Positions 1 to 11,309 of a DNA stretch of 64,000 bases are shown here, piece after piece. Every line of letters starts with the position of its first letter. The first letter of the stretch is position 1. The notes under the pieces are model-generated. The model had not been told where the DNA came from, ran no database searches, and saw only the letters and a program-made list of their open reading frames with translations. Source of the stretch: Felis catus (lineage: Eukaryota); assembly GCF_018350175.1 (NCBI RefSeq), contig NC_058368.1:151654001-151718000 (forward strand), in the 5' to 3' direction. A program made the position numbers and the translations under genes.

Positions 1-137
1 AGACACAGAATCCGAAACAGGCTCCAGGCTCCGAGCTGTCAGCACAGAGCCTGACGCGGGGCTCGAACTCACGGACTGCGAGATCACGACCCGAGATGAA
101 GTCGGACGCTTAACCGACTGAGCCACCCAGGCGCCCC
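1..137 (-). mobile_element. CanSINE (SINEC_Fc-like), cut by window start
   Basis: Reverse complement of the CanSINE head GGGGCGCCTGGGTGGCTCAGTCGGTTAAGCGTCCGACTT ends at 137; body contains GGCTCGAACTCACG and CAGGCTCCAGGCTCCGAGCTGTCAGCACAGAGCC. Confidence 0.97.
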
Positions 138-550
138 AAAATAGGATTCCATTTTAAATAAACCACAATTTTGCCACTCTCCCAGAAGTGAGCAACAATA
201 AAAGTGTGCGTATCATACCTCCGAAAAATGCGAAGGATCAGCTTTCACAGACTCCAATCAGAAATTAATATTTGCTATAGGCTACAGCCTATGAACTTCA
301 CTGACCTGCATCTAGGTGGAGCAGACTTCTAAAACTTTTAGGATGGGAGGAGATCTCCCACACATATTTCAGAGAATATTACTGTTTCCATTCTAATCTA
401 AGAGTAAACAGAGCTCTGGGTTTTGACAAATTTGCCTCTGCAATGTGATAAAAGGCATGGGACTGATCCTCCTCTCACTGTGTAATTTTGCCAAAAGGAA
501 GACAGAGTCGGTGCCGTAGGTGCCACATTACTTCTCTTTATTCTTTCTAG

Positions 551-596
551 AACTATGGCATCTAAAAGCATGTTCAGTAGTCATAAAACTTCCCAG
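551..596 (+). other. Candidate 46-nt internal exon
   Basis: Strong acceptor cttctctttattctttctag at 531-550 and donor CAG|gtcagt at 597-602, in repeat-free sequence. Confidence 0.45.
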
Positions 597-897
597 GTCA
601 GTTTACAAAGAAAAGTGGATATTCCAACCATAGGATGTGGGTTCTTGCTACGGCAATGAATTTTAGAAGGTGACAGGTTACATAATGGGTATGCAGTTAG
701 GATTGCACCTGGCCCGGGAAGGTTGCCATGCCATGCAAAGAGAATATCAGCTCACTTGCACTGGTGAACAACTGGCTAGTGCTGCCTTTGCACACTTGAT
801 AAGCTGCTCTTGTTATTAAGGACACTGATTCAGCTGTTCCAGCTGTATATGCTTTTGTTCATTCGTACTTGCTCACCACATATAATCATTTCCTCAG

Positions 898-952
898 ATA
901 TGCAAGATTACTTGGACTTTGCTTTTATTTAGAAACTGTTTTTCTTTCGTAC
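898..952 (+). other. Candidate small exon (alternative acceptors giving starts at 898 or 933)
   Basis: Acceptors atcatttcctcag (AG 896-897) and tttgcttttatttag (AG 931-932); donor AC|gtgagt at 953-958. Confidence 0.25.
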
Positions 953-1110
953 GTGAGTGATTGTTGAGTATTCAATTATAGCTGAATGTGAAATGGTTGG
1001 GATCCAATTCTAACTGATTTCAATGAAAGTCAATAGAGTTTCTAACCAAGTAGAGATCTGTATGAAGTTCAATGCTGAATGATTGTTAAACCTCTACCAT
1101 TTTTACTCAG

Positions 1111-1120
1111 GCTTTAATCA
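1111..1120 (+). other. Candidate 10-nt microexon
   Basis: cctctaccatttttactcag|GCTTTAATCA|gtaagt. Confidence 0.25.
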
Positions 1121-1649
1121 GTAAGTAGTATTTTATTTCATTTTTAACTGGACCTTTTTGTGTCTGGAATTGAGGCGTATATAGCAGTTTGCTGATATTG
1201 GAATTACGTGTATTATTTTGTAAACCTGTATATCCAGGCCAGATAGAAGCACTTAAAATGCAAAAATGATGAACAGAAGTACCCAGGAGTTTTTTTTTAA
1301 ATCTAAGGAATATTTTTTAGGGGAGATGAACAAAACCGGGAGCTATTTGACATTAGGTGTTCAGACTGCCAGTTTATGGTAAACAAAGAAAGTTTAGTGT
1401 GTTTTTTTTTTTAATTCATAATATCATGATTACAGAGCATCACTGCAAAGAGGGTTAGGCTTCAGAAGATAACCAGACAAACCAGTTCTTAAGAGGGTGG
1501 CTGATTGGCTGCTTTGCTAAAGATAAATTTTTCCTCTTCCAAATATTCTGAAAAAAAAGTAGACTAATAGCGAGAAGTGTAGTGATTTGCACATTATCCA
1601 AGCCATTGAGTTATTCCTGCCTGTCCTCATTCTGGTTCTTGATTTGCAG

Positions 1650-1910
1650 GCCAGCTATGCTCTGCAGCTGGAGCAAATTATATCAGAGAAGTGCTGATGT
1701 GACCACAAGTTGACAAAAGGACATGATTTCTAGTAGCAAAAAAGCAACTAGATTTTATGAAATTGTATCTAATAATGTTGTTTAACTCATGGATCCTGCA
1801 TCTGACGCCTGCTTTTTATCCAGTCCTTTCAGCGGCCCTTTGTTAACAGTCACTCAGAAGAGGAAATAAAATGTAGCCATTGAAATAAAAATTGCTCTAC
1901 TCTTTTTAAT
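1650..1910 (+). other. Candidate alternative terminal exon
   Basis: Acceptor cctcattctggttcttgatttgcag (AG 1648-1649); stops in all three frames within about 65 nt; AATAAA at 1865-1870 and 1884-1889 followed by T-rich sequence. Confidence 0.3.
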
Positions 1911-3120
1911 AGCTCAGCTGCAGGCTCTATTGTTTTATTTAATGGATTGTGTAACTGAAGTCTCTCCTCCTGATGATTCCCATTTGGCTTCTGAGTCCCC
2001 AAACTCTGTCAGAATCTTGGGGGTTCCAGAAAGGAGGGGAGTCTGGTGCTTTGCTTTTGCAGAATACAAGTGGAAAGTAAAAGTACTAAGATTCTTTAAA
2101 ATGTAATTCCCACCATGGACTCTACAGTACTATGTGTAAGAAACAGTGCTTTCTCCTCAAAAGTGAGCAAGATTAGACTGTCCTTAGATTCAAAAATTCT
2201 AATTTGCAACATAGAAGTGTGCTTGGCTTAAATATACAGAGGCAAGGAGGGTTGCAGGCAGTAGCAAAGGGATAAAAAGGAAATAGGAGGACTAGAATAA
2301 ATCCTTGTCTTCCCTCTGGTAAAAATCACTGTTGTCCTCTGATCGAGAGATGTGTTCTCTGCCCTGGATTCCCTACAGTGGGTCCCTCTGTCCTGCCTGA
2401 TTATCCATAGCCAGGGTGGAAAGCATACCTACAAGTCATGTGACTTACTGTCACTCTAAAGAGTATCACATGAATATTCTAAATTTTAAAATGATTTTTG
2501 CTTCTTCAAAGCTGTTAAAATGTGTCTGGATTCTGCTGAAAGGATTATAGGTGATTTAACAATGGGTATTTTGCTTTTACCTCTTCAAGATAAATTGCAT
2601 TATGGGTATATTCCAGAGATGAAAGTTAAAGAAAAGTGCCTCCTACATAAGAGTAGCAAGAGAAAGGCTTGGACCCTCTGTTCCATACTACTTATAAGTA
2701 TCTTAAACATGAATGAATTGCAAACTATTTACCTAAGATAAACTGGTATGCTATGGTTCTTAGAGAATTCTGCAAAAAGCTTCGATCATTTATTTTTGCC
2801 CTGCTTTGACATGTTCCTTCAAAGCAAGTTCATTGTTTTAGGAAGTGGAGGAGAAAGATTTGTTAAATCATGAAGTGCTAAGAAGCCTTTCAGCTGAGGA
2901 AGATACACAATGTACAAAGCAGTTAAAACAAATCATACAGTATAACCTGTTAAGGATGTAATTGAGATACATGTAATCATTAACCTTGGAACATACTGGG
3001 AATCCGTTAATGAATCAAATCAATACCCTCTCCACTGATCCATAATAATTTGAAAGAAATGAAAAATTTAACAGATACTGTATGTGAGGTTATCGTGGGC
3101 TGCAATTAGCTAGCCTCCAG

Positions 3121-3147
3121 GAGATTATGTTACCTAGTTACCAGAAG
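3121..3147 (+). other. Candidate 27-nt microexon
   Basis: tagcctccag|GAGATTATGTTACCTAGTTACCAGAAG|gtaagt; consensus donor, length a multiple of 3, short pyrimidine tract with TGC at 3101-3103. Confidence 0.5.
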
Positions 3148-3949
3148 GTAAGTATAATTTCCGTAGATGTTCTGGAAAGATTGTCATAAAGACAGGTGTC
3201 AGACGTAGAAATGGGTCAGGAAAAGATATTTGGTGCGGCCAAAACCTGGGTCATCTTCCTGTTATTTCATTCCATACATCCCTCTTAGGACATTTCATAC
3301 TCCCAGTTAATATGGATATATTGTTTTGAAAAGACATTACAATTGAATTTTGTCAGAAAAAAAAGTGATTATCTCTTTTTATATCTTACTGCACATCTAG
3401 ATTTCACATGAGATGGCAAAGAGGTCACGGCAGAAACTCTACATTTGGTAACAGAATAACACATGAGCTTTCTGCTGCAGGCAAGATACTTGTGTATGAA
3501 AATATTTCATGTTTGTACAACTCTCTCATCCTAGCATTCCCGGCATGGTCATTATTGCCAGTGTAATTTTATAGAAGAATAATAGAAAGAAATGAATGTC
3601 TTTTCTCTTTTGAACCCCCACATTTTAACACCCCCATTTTGTAAGTAGTATGTGGCACCCTACAAAATAGTGTGGAAAGAACAAAATGATCCAAGGGCCC
3701 ATGGCTTTTACATACATTGCTTTTATGTAAATCTTAGAAGAAACAATCTTGTATGCGAAGTTCCATAGGAAAATCTCAATTTGGGGGAGATATAAAAAGA
3801 GATTGCCATTCTCTAGGGACTCAGTAAATAAAACGGAGAACAGAATTTTAAAAAATGCATGTAAAATATATGCGTATGGAAATGTTAAGAGCCTTATTTT
3901 ATAATGCCAAGGAGGGCACAAGATAAAAACTGTTGTCATTTGTTTCCAG

Positions 3950-5570
3950 GGAAAGCAGTCGGTGAGACCCAGGCACAGTAGGATAGTTAGTTAGCTACCA
4001 CATGTAAAGCTGAGAGCAGATGGTGCCGTTGATATAGAGCGCAGGAATGTGCGTGTTTATGCGGGTGCGTTTCTGTGCGTGTGCGTGTGGAAACCAGCAA
4101 GGAGTTTGACACTGATGTACTCCATCAAGTCCAGTTATAAAGAACAAGTAGATAGAACAACATTCTGTGCATCTGGCAGCCTAACTAGCTCTGTCAATCT
4201 GTGGATACTGCTGACATTGTACTATAAGCTTCGATTCCATCTGTGTTGTTTATTTTGAGCTGGATTTACTGCACACTATGTGAATTGATGATGGCTAGAA
4301 GGTCCAAAAGATTCTGAGTCTGTTTAAAGTTCCAAGGTGTCAAATTACACAGGCTTGTGTCACGAACATTATGAAAGGGTAAGTGGAGAGGCAAACTGAT
4401 TTCAGTATTTGTTAGACGTCCAAGAAAAATTGCCGAAAATATAGATGAAGAAGGTTTATGAAAACATCTAAAGAGTACATATGAACTCCTGCAATCAAAT
4501 GTTTCTTTTTCAAGTTGTATTGTGTCATTTTAAAAAATTCAAAATATGTACAAACAAATAGACAAGTCAAATCAGCTCTCCACTCTGAGGTTGTGACATG
4601 CATATTATTCAAAACTTCCCGATCAGTACTGTATTAAATTGCCAGAATAAAGGGATGGACTTAATGGGTTAAGGTAGCACCTGCCTTCTTTCCGAACGGC
4701 TAGAAGTGAGGAACAAGTGTATTTCTATACATTTGCTGTTAAGTTATTCTGTGACATGCTTTACTTGCTTCAGTTTTTTTCCGCATAATAAGATATTTAT
4801 AAATCTACTATACAGTTATGAAACAGGCTTTGTTATCTTCACTAAGAAATCATTAAAGATTTCAGAACACAGTTTTTTAATGAAAATGATATACAGCATC
4901 GTTTGATGTATGTCATCTATATCAGGGCTTTTGTTTATTTTCATTTTCAACATAATGTTCAGCTGAATGCTATGTCTGTATAATGCCAGAACACTCCCAT
5001 GAACATGAAGAAAAGAGATTTAATGATTCAGGTGTTATATAAGCATCCGCATATCTTCTGTCATTCAATTCTTATGGCTGTTCTTGTCTGGTTATGCGGT
5101 GAGTAGCCCAGATTAGAATTTTACTGAACCACAAATGATACAGACTAGACTATATGCAGTTTGGCCTGTAGTCATTGAATGAAAAAAGCATTCTGCTTAT
5201 GGTATACAAATTTCAATTCATGCTTTCAATCCCCATTCAGTTAGTGGTTAGTTATGGTTTCATTGTGTCATTGAATACAATTATATTGATATGTAACTCT
5301 GTCTGCCTTTAAATGAAAAACACTAATCGTCATGCCTCATTTGTATCAGAGCTAGGACATCAAACAGAATCTGTGAAAGTGGTTCATTTGCTTGGTAATG
5401 TTTAATATTCATTGTTTATAAGTATTCATATTTGTAATATGTAAGGTAAAATATATGATTTATTTACTACATGGTCTCTATCCTTGAGAAACTAACTAGT
5501 TGATGAGTTAAGACATTCTTACAAAAATTTCAAATAGCAAAAAATATATTAAATATCTGTTAAAAAACAT
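3950..5570 (+). other. Candidate terminal exon / 3' UTR of an unidentified + strand transcript (3' end uncertain)
   Basis: Acceptor tgttgtcatttgtttccag (AG 3948-3949); stops in all frames by 3994 (phase 0 reads GKQSVRPRHSRIVS*); about 1.6 kb of repeat-free UTR-like sequence with AATAAA 4646-4651 and ATTAAA 5548-5553. Confidence 0.5.
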
Positions 5571-5789
5571 TGGGTGGCACAAAGTAGACTAAAATTCAGT
5601 TGAAAAACTTCACTGCAGTCTTCTATCTGCTAGATAGTAGACTGGAAGCTTCCTTTCCATTAGGTATCTCACCTAACTCCTGAACCCTGGGAGATGTCCT
5701 CTGACTTTCCAGAGAATACTGGGGCTGGGAAAATGGATGTAAGTTATCTGGGTCACATAGCCACTAAGTGACTGAATAAGGCTTTACTT

Positions 5790-6110
5790 CCGTTTACCTC
5801 CATAAACATATATGGAACATCTGTGTTGTATCAGGCATAGTATTTGGCACTGGAATAAATAAAATTGAAAACCAGTTTGAGGAAGTGTGCAGGCTTATCA
5901 AGAACCAGATATAAAAATTTAATGTGAGTATAATGTAGTAAGTGCTGAAATAGATGTATGCATGTGGAATGATGAGAACAGAGAAGGTACCTAACTCAGA
6001 AAGCTGATGAAGCTAGACAGAGAGGAAAAGGTGACAGGCTTCTCAGACAGGCACAGGCATGAACAAAGGTATACTGGTCTGAACAACAGGGACAGTGGGA
6101 AATGTACCTT
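5790..6110 (-). mobile_element. LINE-2 3' remnant
   Basis: Degenerate L2 tail (aaacatatatggaacatctgtgttgtatcaggcatagtatttggcactgg) followed by purine-rich L2-like sequence. Confidence 0.55.
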
Positions 6111-6479
6111 TTGGAGCACATCCTGATAACTCATTTAGGCTGCCCAGGGAAACACATTGAACATCACACATTCATAATACCAAGTAATCCCAGTGGGCTG
6201 AGGTAATGAGAAAAGGCTTGAATGTTGTTGCCCTTGACTCGTGAAGTTTGGACAGATTTTGAATAGCAAGATAAGGAAATAATTGGATATTGTAGGTGAA
6301 GGCAAAAGACACCAACAAATACTTGGAGATAAAGATGTGTAAAACCAATATGGCAGATTAAGGGATGCACAGGCAAATAAGGTAGAATTGTTCATTTTCC
6401 ATTTTTGACTATCAGTTGCTGTGTACAAACTTGAAACTTGTTGTCCCTAGAACTACTACATCTCTAAAATTTTAAATTT

Positions 6480-7760
6480 CTCTCTCTAGTGACAGTTTCT
6501 TAGCCTTCTAGGTTTCATTCAGTCATCCCCATTATCCAAACTGATCAAGACCTTTAATCCGTTAGTTCTGAAAATTGGGCATCTCCATTAGCCCTGATCT
6601 ATCTAATTTCTGACTGACTTTGACTCCCTGGTCCTCACTTCCATCTCTTTTTTCACCTCAAATTCCTTCCCACATGTTCCTTCCGTTATCATAACCTTCG
6701 CGGAAAAACCACAAGACTGGATCAATTCTTCCTTGTGCCCTAGCTCTCTTTCCCATTATTCAAGAAACAGTTATTGTCTCTATTCTCTACGCTGGCTACC
6801 TTTTCATCTTCATCTTCCTATCTCTTCACAAGGAAAACAGAAGCCATAATCCAAGTAGTACAAATAAATGTAATATGAGCACCCACTGCTTCTAACTCTT
6901 TCATACCAAGTGTAGAAGTGTTACTCGTTGTGCATGAGGCCAATCCTTTCATCAGTGCTCTGGATTCTCCCTCCCTCCCCCGTGCTCACCCATCTTGGGT
7001 TTTCAAGGGTCATAGTACCTTGAAAATCCTCTTTCTTCTCTATTTCAGATTCTTATATTTTTAACTGGATCTTTCTCAAATAATATTTTTTCAATATTAT
7101 CAACTTTCCAATTTTAAAAATAAGCCACACCCTCATCCTCAAGTCACCGTTTAAATTCTTTCCTATCTCTTCCTTCTATAGGCAAACTTTTTGAAAAAGT
7201 GGCTTAGAGTCACTGTTTTACTCTTCCCTGACTTTCTAAGCATTCCTCAATCCACTGCAGTCTGGAAACCACCCCAAAGAATTTCCTGAAACTGTTCTTG
7301 TTAAAGTCATGAATGAATGTCTCATTTCTAAATCTACTCTTACCTTATTTTACTTGTAAAACTTGATATTTCTAATTCCTCTCTTTGAAAACAATTTTCT
7401 TGGTTCAACAATACAACATTCTGTCATTGTCTTTGTAGACTCCTCTCTCACTGCCATTTCCCTACATATTAAGGTCTGCAGGGCTATCTCTTATGCCCTT
7501 GGCTCTTATCATTCTATACCTTCTACTGAGGGGTATAATTTGTAGGTCCAATTGCTATCTATTTGCTTGTAGCTTCACTTACCACCTCCACGTGGAAGAA
7601 TCTAATCCAAGGGATAAATCTTCAACTACTGTCTTTCTAATGAGCTTCAGTCAATACTATTTTTTTAACTAACTACTCGTCTTCTTTGCTTGAATGTCCC
7701 ACAACTATCTGAAAGTACATGTCCAAAACTGAATGTGCCATCTTCTTCCCTCTTACTTCC
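6480..7760 (+). mobile_element. LINE-2 remnant
   Basis: C/T-rich degenerate L2 motifs such as tcctcaatccactgcagtctgg, gaaactgttcttgttaaagtcatgaatga and atgtccaaaactgaa. Confidence 0.7.
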
Positions 7761-8679
7761 ACCCAAATTTCATAAATATTTCTCAAAAACCATGAACTTT
7801 TTTTTTTTTATTTTCAGAACACAATTTTCCCATTCAGGCTAAGGTAAACAAAGTGACCCAGTCACTTAAGATATTTACTACTGAGTATGAAAGTTATAAT
7901 TCAGGTAGGTATAGGAAACAATTAAAATTAAATGGAGCCAACAATATACTTCTTTAAATTGCAACAGTTGAAAGCACAACAGCTAAAATACTAAATTTCA
8001 AAAGCCCAAGTGATAAGAAATAAGTATTTTAAGCAAGTTAAAGACAGAAAGCATTTCAGAGTTATGTTTATATTCTTAGCTCTAAGCACGGTGAACCACA
8101 AAATAGTTGATCAATTTACTTAATAAATTAATGGGTTTGTTTTTCTATCTTGCAGAAAAGTAAGAAGCAGTACAGGATTGTCACCAAATCATTCTCACCC
8201 TGTTATGACTCTCCTCTAATTTATTCCATATACTGAATGGCTGGTAAAATAAGGATGTCAAAGCTGTTCCTATTTATGTCTGATAGAATTACAGATTTCC
8301 TTAGAACATGACAGTAATAAAGGAACATCAGGCATTAAAATGACTAGCCAAATTAACTTTGTATAAAAACAAACCTCTATTCTACAGCCTTCGTTTGCAA
8401 AACTGACCACTATCCATAGGGAAACTTTTTTTTTTTACTATCTCAACCCAGCCTCTCACATCAATGGAAAACTAGTATTCTATACATCTGCTAATAAAGA
8501 AAGCAGGCTCTCCTTTAGCCAAAACAAACTTTATCTTTTTATTCCTCAATAAAGTAATTTCCTCCCTGAGCAGTAAGCATGGACTAAATGTTGATAGAAA
8601 TTGCTAAGTTCAGTTCAACTTTAAGTAATGCTGTAGACTTAGAGCAAAAAGAAATTAAAATTTACTTCAGTCTCATCCA

Positions 8680-9350
8680 AACTTTATTGTGAAATGTGTA
8701 AATAGAGTATAGCAAAGATAGTATAGAAAATTGAAGTGCATAATTTAATGAATTGTAATAAACTAATTATTAAACTAACTAATTATAACAAACTAGTCTG
8801 TAAGCACCACCAGGTTACAAAATAGAAGTTTGCCAACAGCCTACCCAATTACAACACCTTCCCTCCCGCTCTGTCTGGGTGTTCATGGTAACACTTTCTT
8901 TGCCTTTTTTTTATAGTTTTACCACCTAAAAATGTATCACTAAATAATTTAATTCAGTTTTGCCTGTTGTGAACTTTATATAAATGGAATCATAAATATA
9001 TATTTATTGGGTGTGACTTCTTTCATTCAGTGTTAGGCTTTTTAGATTTCTTTGTTGTTAAGTATATCTTTCATTTAATTGCTGTTAATAATCCAATGTA
9101 TGAATATACTTTTATTTTTCTATTCTATTGATGATGTACATTTTGAGTATTTACAGTTTTGGCTATTATAAATAAAGACGCTATAGCATTTGTGCATAGA
9201 TATCCTAATATAGCTAATCATGCCTTTTCTATGGTATATAATTAGAAGTGAATTGGTGGGTCTGAAAAAATATGTAACCTTAACTTCACTAAGAAGAAAA
9301 ACAATAAAAATAAAAAATAAATTTACCAATTGGTCATACCAGTTTAACTG
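8680..9350 (-). mobile_element. Old L1 (L1M-type) 3' fragment
   Basis: Antisense L1 3' motifs: gaactttatataaatggaatcata, ttctattgatg...cattttgagtatttacagttttggctattataaataaag. Confidence 0.8.
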
Positions 9351-10414
9351 GCTCTCCTTAAAAAAATAATTTCTTGAATTCCCAAGGTAAATTCCATCCA
9401 GTATTACATATTTCATATGGAAAGAAATGTTTAATCTGACAAAAATTTCAAAAATAAAAGGCAAATGAAGTATTAATGCCTAAAGGAGACTCACAAATAT
9501 TTTTACTTTTTTCTGATGAAAATACATGTTTTTCTCATAAAAGTGGCAAGAATGTACTAACCACATTTATCTGAATTGTTAGTCAAGCAACAGTGTAACA
9601 GAAATAGAATATAATGCTTAGAATTTCATTTTATGAAATTCATTCTCTTAAAATATTACAAATATTGAAACTATTGTCCAACATGCAATTAAACAACCAC
9701 TGTATGGGCTTATATATCATTTGGGCTCTTAATATGTAGCTTCCACTTTTATATTTATAAAATCTCAAGCAGGGGAAGCAGCTTTACACTAAAAACAGTA
9801 AATAAAAATGGTATTTTCTTTGACCTGGGAACTAGTGAATGGTTCTCCTGAATTTAAAAAAAAAGAAATATTTTATTGCTGTATTTGATTATAATGCTTT
9901 ACCACTTTGGCAGAATGTCTGAGGACAGATTACTAATAACTACATAAAAATATGGTTATTTTTAAATGAAAGAAAGTAAAAGGTTGCATTAAAAGTTAAC
10001 GTGATCAAAAAAAAAAAAAAAGAAAGAAAAAAAGAGGAAAAAAATTCCCAGGCTTTGATTTATCACAAAACAAAATCCCTTTTCTTAATTTACATCAAAG
10101 TTTTTGGAACTAGTATATGAGAAATTTTTTAGAAAATATATGTCAAGGTCCTAAAGATGTCAATGGGAGAAGGTAGATTTAGTCTCTGCTGTCACACAGC
10201 CTGGAGTCTAAAGGGAAATGCAGAAGAGGAAAGAAACTGAGATGTTATGACAGAATAAAAAGGCACATTAAAAAGGGCACTTGATCAAGGAAGACCTGAA
10301 GGATTAAAAAAGGCATGATGGTGAAGGAAGCACAAGATGTGTTCCAGGAAGAGGAACAAAGGCCCCAAAATAGAAAAGGAACTATAGGAGGATCAGAAAT
10401 TAGTATAAGCAACT

Positions 10415-10570
10415 TTGAACTCAGCCAGATATAAGTTGAAATCTCAATTCCTCCAATTAATAGTAACTTTGGTTAAGTCACTTGCCATTTCTATTTCTCC
10501 CTGTAAAATGGGGATAATAATATTTTTGCAAGAATCAGCTAAGATAATGTTTATAGAGCAAAAAATTGCT
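10415..10570 (+). mobile_element. MIR remnant
   Basis: MIR core-like gtaactttggttaagtcacttgcc...ctgtaaaatggggataataata. Confidence 0.65.
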
Positions 10571-11309
10571 CCACAAAGGCAGATAGTAATTTCTGTAGCA
10601 GAATCAGATATTTTGGAGTTGGGTGGCCATTCATGTGAGGCAGGAATATGGAGATATAAGCAGTTTAAGTCATCAAGAGCATATGGCCATACTAAATAAT
10701 CCAGTCCTTAATGCTAAGAACAAGAGGGAGTGACACCAACGTATGTGTGTTTCAGAAAATATACTCAGGCTGTAGGAGAAATTATTGGAAGGGAAAAAAG
10801 GCATAAAAACAAGTGGGCACCTAAATGAGATTTGTGGCTGCATAGATGGTGAGAATTGAATGTATTTAAAAGATACTGAAATGCAGGACATCCATTTCTG
10901 GCAGTATGACAGATGATGGCTAAAACTCTTAATCAACATACCTCAATAATTGTATATGTGTTTCTGTACGTATACAGTGTGTGTGTGTGTGTGCATGTAT
11001 ATATTTTTCTTTAATATTTATTAAATTAGTTTTCCAGTAGGAAAGGAAAATGCAAATGCTCTGGGATCAGAAATGAAGTATGGACATGAATCCATTGAAG
11101 TTAGTAAGCAGTGAAGGTTAAAGGCTGCCCCGGGTGTGTCTACTGACCTTGAGTAACCTAGAGCTTAGATTTTAATTGCTGACACATGTGGGAGACAAAA
11201 GACAAAGCCTTGCTCTATATATCCACCCCTCACCAACCTCCACGTGGAACTTGGGTTCATAAAGAGCTACTTCAAGAAAAAGGATAATCTAGAAAAAATA
11301 CTGTGCAAT

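Noticed and set aside
551..596. Frame LWHLKACSVVIKLP resembling a Kelch-like protein C-terminus
   Set aside because: Only a few residues are similar and there is no Kelch repeat context, so no gene symbol was assigned
5853..5862. AATAAA as the poly(A) signal of the candidate terminal exon
   Set aside because: It lies inside an apparent L2 remnant; the signals at 4646 and 5548 are in unique sequence
7584..11249. Shared 14-mer ACCTCCACGTGGAA at 7584 and 11236
   Set aside because: A few 14-mer matches are expected by chance in 64 kb, the flanks do not extend, and one copy is in an L2 remnant
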